DNA of 62,916 nt, filler included, from Candidatus Woesearchaeota archaeon (GTDB lineage: Archaea > Nanobdellota > Nanobdellia > Woesearchaeales > GCA-2685855): assembly GCA_002685855.1 (NCBI GenBank). It is 6 parts of 6 records of this genome, joined end to end, with 100 filler letters (N's around TTAATTAATTAA, not from the genome) between each part and the next. Parts side by side here need not be neighbours in the genome. Positions count along the whole stretch, not along the records: positions 56,162 to 62,916 come from NYYS01000060.1; 5 more parts are not named here. The stretch is one strand, 5' to 3'. Both the position numbers and the translations under genes were made by a program. Every line of letters begins with the position of its first letter. Position 1 is the first letter of the stretch. Of this stretch, positions 59,501 to 62,916 are shown piece by piece. The notes beneath the pieces are model-generated. The model saw only the letters and a program-made list of their open reading frames with translations. It had not been told where the DNA came from and ran no database searches.

Positions 59501-62500
59501 CTCTTTTGCCTATAGCTTCCTCCTGTGCAAGCACCCTATTCTCAACTCTATCGCTCGACACTCCTTGAACTACTCTCTCCTGAACCCTATCACTCTCCAG
59601 TTCTCGAACTACCTTCTCCCGAACTCCAGAATCCTCGAGTTCAAGAGGAACCTCTACCGCCTGCACAAACCGTCTCCCGCCATACACATCATAGCTCGAA
59701 GGAGCATGCGCCCTTCCCTCATGAAAAAACTCCACATAGCGTCCATAGTCAAACACCTTTTTCATATTCCCCAAGGCATCATACTCATACCCCAGCAAAT
59801 ACTCCCTTCCCGTACTATTCAGCCTCTCAGCACGTGTAAGCCGCTGCAGATCATCATAGCTAAACACCTGGACCGTCTCCCTCACCCCGTTTCCAATGCT
59901 GATAATGTTCCCCAGATAGTCTGTTTCATAGTCAAGATCCTGAACACCACCCGTACTAATCCTCCGCAAGCGCAGAGATACAGGATCATACTCATAGAAC
60001 GTCTGAAGACCATTCGCATAGAGTCGAAGAACCGGCCGTCCAAGTTCATCATAATCAAGATCAGAAACAACCCCTTCAATCTCTTCTAGAGTTCCTTGCA
60101 TATTGTAACGAAACACCACAGTCTCTCTGTTTGGCAACGTTAGAGACTCCACCCTATCCAAAAGATCATAGCTAAAGCCCGAGTCAAACTGTTGATCATC
60201 CAGCGTTCGTGTAGACTCAATAACACGATACCTTCGATCATACAGGAACAAATCCTTTATTTCAACATCTTCAACAGAGTCCAGCACCCCCTTCAACAAA
60301 CCATCATACACATACTCCACCACTCCCTCAGGGCTGTTCTCCCTTTCAACCCGGTTAAGCCCATCATATTCAAACCCGATCGTCACACCCTTGTTATCGG
60401 TCTGGTTCAGCACATTCCCAACAGCATCATAGCCATAGCTAACGAGTCCAAGATCAGGATCATCCATCAACGTCTTCCGCCCCAAACTATCATACTCCCA
60501 TCTGAACAGATTCTGTTCTGCATCTGTAATCGTTTCAAGCTTTCCCATCGCATCATAACTATAGGTTGTCAGATATTCCTCTTCATCGTTCACCTCTACT
60601 ACCTCAACAATCTGGTCGTAGGCATCCAGCAGATACCTTTTTTCATTCCTATGTTCATCAAAAGCAGTAATCCTTTGCCTATCAAACTCAACAGCCTTAC
60701 TTGACCCATCAGGATTTCTCATCAGGACAACACGATCCAACGCATCATACTCAAAAGACACAAAACCCACATCAGCAGGATCAGCATACTCCTTTCCCTG
60801 CGCAGAGTAGGGAAGAGAGGTCTTCCACACCCTTCCAAGGTCATCATAAAAGACATCTTTTACAATCCACCCCTCTTCTGCCATCGATCGAGTCTGTATC
60901 ATCCGTCCAAACCCATCATAGTAGGATACAACCTCTAGTGGATCTTCTTCAACACTATATCTTGCTTTTGTAACTATCTGAATAGGCATCACACTAAAAT
61001 TATAGGCGATCTCTGTTCCAGGAAGCTCTTCTGTTTCATATTCCCTAATCACCTTCTCTTTTCTTCCAAGCGCATCATACCGCCATTCAGTCGCATAGCT
61101 ATTAACATCAGTCTCCTTCACCACCTGCCAGCTCACCGGATCGTACTCGTACAAAACACTCCACCCAAACTCGTTCACTATCTCTTCAGGAAGGGTGTGC
61201 TGATACAACGCACTAAACACATATTCAGCATCGTGCATATTAGCATCGGTTTCCCTAACAAGATTCCCATAGGAATCATACGAATAACTCATAACAGGAT
61301 TCTCTCCCGTATCCAACCAGCTTTCCTGTCTTGTCAAATCCCCCTTTGTTGGAGGAACACCATACTCCTCTCCATCATACTGCATCCATGCTTCTGACAC
61401 AATCGTTCCAGTATCATCCAGCAACAGGACATTCTTTGGCCGGTCAAGAATCCACGCATCCAGATTGTAGAGATAGCTTCTTATTTCTGTACGATCATCC
61501 TGATTCACAGAAGGATCTCCATAGGAATACACCTCTTCAACATTTCCATAACTGTCATAGTCATATCCTATTCTTGTTTCAAACCCCGTCTCCTGGCCAT
61601 CATACCTGTACGTTCTCTCTTCCTCCAGCAGCGGAATCTTCATTCCATCACGCTCTTCCACCACCCAGTCAGATTCTGTTACCACCAGGGTTCTGTTTGC
61701 CTTATCAAGCACCTCTGTCCGATACTCCCGCCCCTTCAAAATGTCATCCTGGTGAAACCAGTGAACAATCTTAACACCATCCTCTCTCTTCTCAATAACC
61801 TGGTTGAAGCCGCGGAACTCCTGTTTTTCATCATCATAATAGCCGTCTCTGTAGCTTGTTGCTGCAATATCTGTGCTTCCCTGACTGTTCCCCAACCCGT
61901 TCCTACGAACAACCTCCTTTACCGTCCAGGTATTAAAAGAAAGGTCAGGAATGCTATCCCCCCCAGTATTTTCATACGAGGTTGCTCGTTCATAATCGAT
62001 AAGGATCTCTCCCCCATACCCGTTCGTAATCTTGTTCAGCAGATGCACCTTCTTTCCAGGATTAATCCAGATTGGGCTGTTCACCTTCATCCCTTCAATG
62101 ATGTCTGCATACCCATCCCCGTTCACATCAACAAAGCGAACACCGGAATCCACCCATTGTTCCTGAACCTCTTTATGGAAGTAGATGCCCTCGGGCAGGG
62201 TGTCGCTTTCAGAGAGGTTCCACTTGTTTCCGTCGTTTAGGTAAAGTCTTTTTGAACGTCTTTCTGAGTGGAAAAGTTCATCTCGTCCATCGCCATCCAG
62301 ATCGAAGATTCGAGAACCATCATTGATGAACGAGAAAGGAAGAAGGAAATTTGTAGAAAGCTTAACAAAATCACTTCCATTATTCAAATAAGCGGTTCCA
62401 GCACCAACGATGTCTGAAAGGCCATCGTTGTTAAGATCGATGATGCGTGCATACCCATCCTTCTGATTATGCCCTTCAATGAATTTCACGTTTGAGGGCA

Positions 62501-62915
62501 ACGATGTCCAATGATCTGTTTCAACAAATCTCTTTCCGTTATTTATCCAAGCTCTTCGAATAGAATGGTTTAACGCCTGCAATGCATCGATGTAACCATC
62601 ACCGTTGAGCTCGACAAGGCGTATTCCTGTCGGCCCATTGCTCACAAAGTTTGGAAAGCCCCCAAAACTGCTGATGTATTCCCACTGAGTGCCGTTATTT
62701 ATGAACGCCCCTCCGCCATTTTCCTTAACATCAACAAGACCATCACCGTTCAGGTCTGCAATGCGTTGACCCGTGTCATAATGTTCACCCACACCCGGAC
62801 CGATAAAACGAATTCTGTGATTTTCTACACCTTCACAGTCCCACCTTCCATCTGTCACCTTCATGAAGTTCGTTCTGTTGTTGAGATAGGCAACCCGTTC
62901 TGATTCTTCACCAAC
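56532..62915 (-). CDS. RHS/YD-repeat polymorphic toxin (FG-GAP/VCBS repeats, TcdB-mid-like region, two LamG domains, RHS core, C-terminal toxin), 5'-partial
   Basis: D.NGDG..D repeats, EFRGF, YD..G repeats, WHH LamG motifs, DHLGS, FTGKEKD..GLMYY.ARYY and NPVKYVDPSG; the tip has D.D.TDHG.P..H.P.H.H. Confidence 0.93.
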   Translation of the reverse strand, partial: VGEESERVAYLNNRTNFMKVTDGRWDCEGVENHRIRFIGPGVGEHYDTGQRIADLNGDGLVDVKENGGGAFINNGTQWEYISSFGGFPNFVSNGPTGIRLVELNGDGYIDALQALNHSIRRAWINNGKRFVETDHWTSLPSNVKFIEGHNQKDGYARIIDLNNDGLSDIVGAGTAYLNNGSDFVKLSTNFLLPFSFINDGSRIFDLDGDGRDELFHSERRSKRLYLNDGNKWNLSESDTLPEGIYFHKEVQEQWVDSGVRFVDVNGDGYADIIEGMKVNSPIWINPGKKVHLLNKITNGYGGEILIDYERATSYENTGGDSIPDLSFNTWTVKEVVRRNGLGNSQGSTDIAATSYRDGYYDDEKQEFRGFNQVIEKREDGVKIVHWFHQDDILKGREYRTEVLDKANRTLVVTESDWVVEERDGMKIPLLEEERTYRYDGQETGFETRIGYDYDSYGNVEEVYSYGDPSVNQDDRTEIRSYLYNLDAWILDRPKNVLLLDDTGTIVSEAWMQYDGEEYGVPPTKGDLTRQESWLDTGENPVMSYSYDSYGNLVRETDANMHDAEYVFSALYQHTLPEEIVNEFGWSVLYEYDPVSWQVVKETDVNSYATEWRYDALGRKEKVIREYETEELPGTEIAYNFSVMPIQIVTKARYSVEEDPLEVVSYYDGFGRMIQTRSMAEEGWIVKDVFYDDLGRVWKTSLPYSAQGKEYADPADVGFVSFEYDALDRVVLMRNPDGSSKAVEFDRQRITAFDEHRNEKRYLLDAYDQIVEVVEVNDEEEYLTTYSYDAMGKLETITDAEQNLFRWEYDSLGRKTLMDDPDLGLVSYGYDAVGNVLNQTDNKGVTIGFEYDGLNRVERENSPEGVVEYVYDGLLKGVLDSVEDVEIKDLFLYDRRYRVIESTRTLDDQQFDSGFSYDLLDRVESLTLPNRETVVFRYNMQGTLEEIEGVVSDLDYDELGRPVLRLYANGLQTFYEYDPVSLRLRRISTGGVQDLDYETDYLGNIISIGNGVRETVQVFSYDDLQRLTRAERLNSTGREYLLGYEYDALGNMKKVFDYGRYVEFFHEGRAHAPSSYDVYGGRRFVQAVEVPLELEDSGVREKVVRELESDRVQERVVQGVSSDRVENRVLAQEEAIGKRGRLGSQEDDQGIIMMDENEGLDVLSSGVRYWDFEEGRGLVAVDGWQGREAITTNSDVWVGEGARFHGGESDGGWSVGFYELEDAFFAEPVTEISGSGKDWSVSLWFRTREDTWLNGGSMMSFWDNSLYRFDVGFLHDGMISLLSSIKTLDSTYLVSTPFAPYNDSEWHHLAATYDAESAQIGTLSLYVDGVLKDSMRGDHLYIPRHGFTHIGRRGYYEFAYLGNLDAVKIFNRSLSLTEVRNLYEGGTTYYPKEFEHGFEGREKYSVVLNFQEYDTIDKVEFDLVPEQNTGWPSRSILYFDKAYYLGEIYFPLIDADTLAYYPLEYSEWEQMYPGQIEDVVGGRHGALQPGTRIVPGGVKGDGYELSCGTGWYQVETPNVFTRLIPGDQGQLEFWFKLDSAFNGSRTNSAILFHDEKPGDEIDKVSIFLQGNGDGRLKMRAAREEYIFDAAYDGLTHWESDVWHYVVFQWGDFGSRFWVDGVLAGEDSYQTRWGTNAVERFCLNFDGSLDRIRLYKKAKSVYEPYVFNATEHFVFNRTQLDDHCVGNVCYFWLEATNGKISVKNIEVEGTPLQYPTETGNYSYTALVEYDDNGNIVREGRHRYVWDSRNRLKEVYYGNKRIQENTYDHTGNRVKKVDLHWRGKNTTTYYVGDYVKVVLPDGGVEETVYYRDSTGLVAKKNDSGSFFIHTDHLGSPHVVTDVNGEVVEETEYLPFGGVLLGGEERFGFTGKEKDDSGLMYYEARYYNPELMIFVSADSLLPDPYDPQQLNRYSYVRNNPVKYVDPSGHCIWDLCFAEGLVVAAAYGIIATTVAYLTFLAAETINEEFVSEDLTSNDLPYENPNIEQELPAPTITENQLEFNDIPETVGGTITEPGIENAQELETPGNIITDGQSLSLKNHNKNKNAHKKNYADGSWAFWAEPDLPDFDYTGEEHTLTRVDENGRIYQVRWYNAEGNVYKDLDLTDHGYPDVHEPGHTHTNRKQWEKNNEK

Positions 62916-62916
62916 A

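Overview
The window is six unrelated assembly contigs joined by 100-nt N/TTAATTAATTAA spacers (10075-10174, 18703-18802, 25665-25764, 48229-48328, 56062-56161), so synteny holds only within a contig. The gene content is archaeal: ATP-dependent ligase, Orc1/Cdc6, fibrillarin-Nop5, rps13-rps4-rps11-rpoD, archaeal TyrRS, XPD and BHB-type tRNA introns. It most resembles a DPANN lineage such as Woesearchaeota, which is an inference. Features missing from the ORF track are a partial ftsZ, three tRNAs and a 40-aa small ORF. The tRNAs are an initiator-like Met, a His with a T-loop intron, and a Leu(GAG) with two non-canonical introns. The most notable observations are: (1) a free-standing LAGLIDADG endonuclease inserted between rpoD and the double-intron tRNA-Leu and reading into it; (2) two tandem exported paralogs ending in a double-Gly site plus an 8-Cys domain with CS-alpha-beta defensin-like spacing; (3) an RHS polymorphic toxin with two LamG domains inserted in the shell and a downstream immunity candidate; (4) a protein with a bacterial FlgD-Ig/T9SS-type C-terminal domain; (5) a ThiF, small protein and THUMP-less ThiI operon. 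All calls come from reading motifs by eye; no database searches were run.
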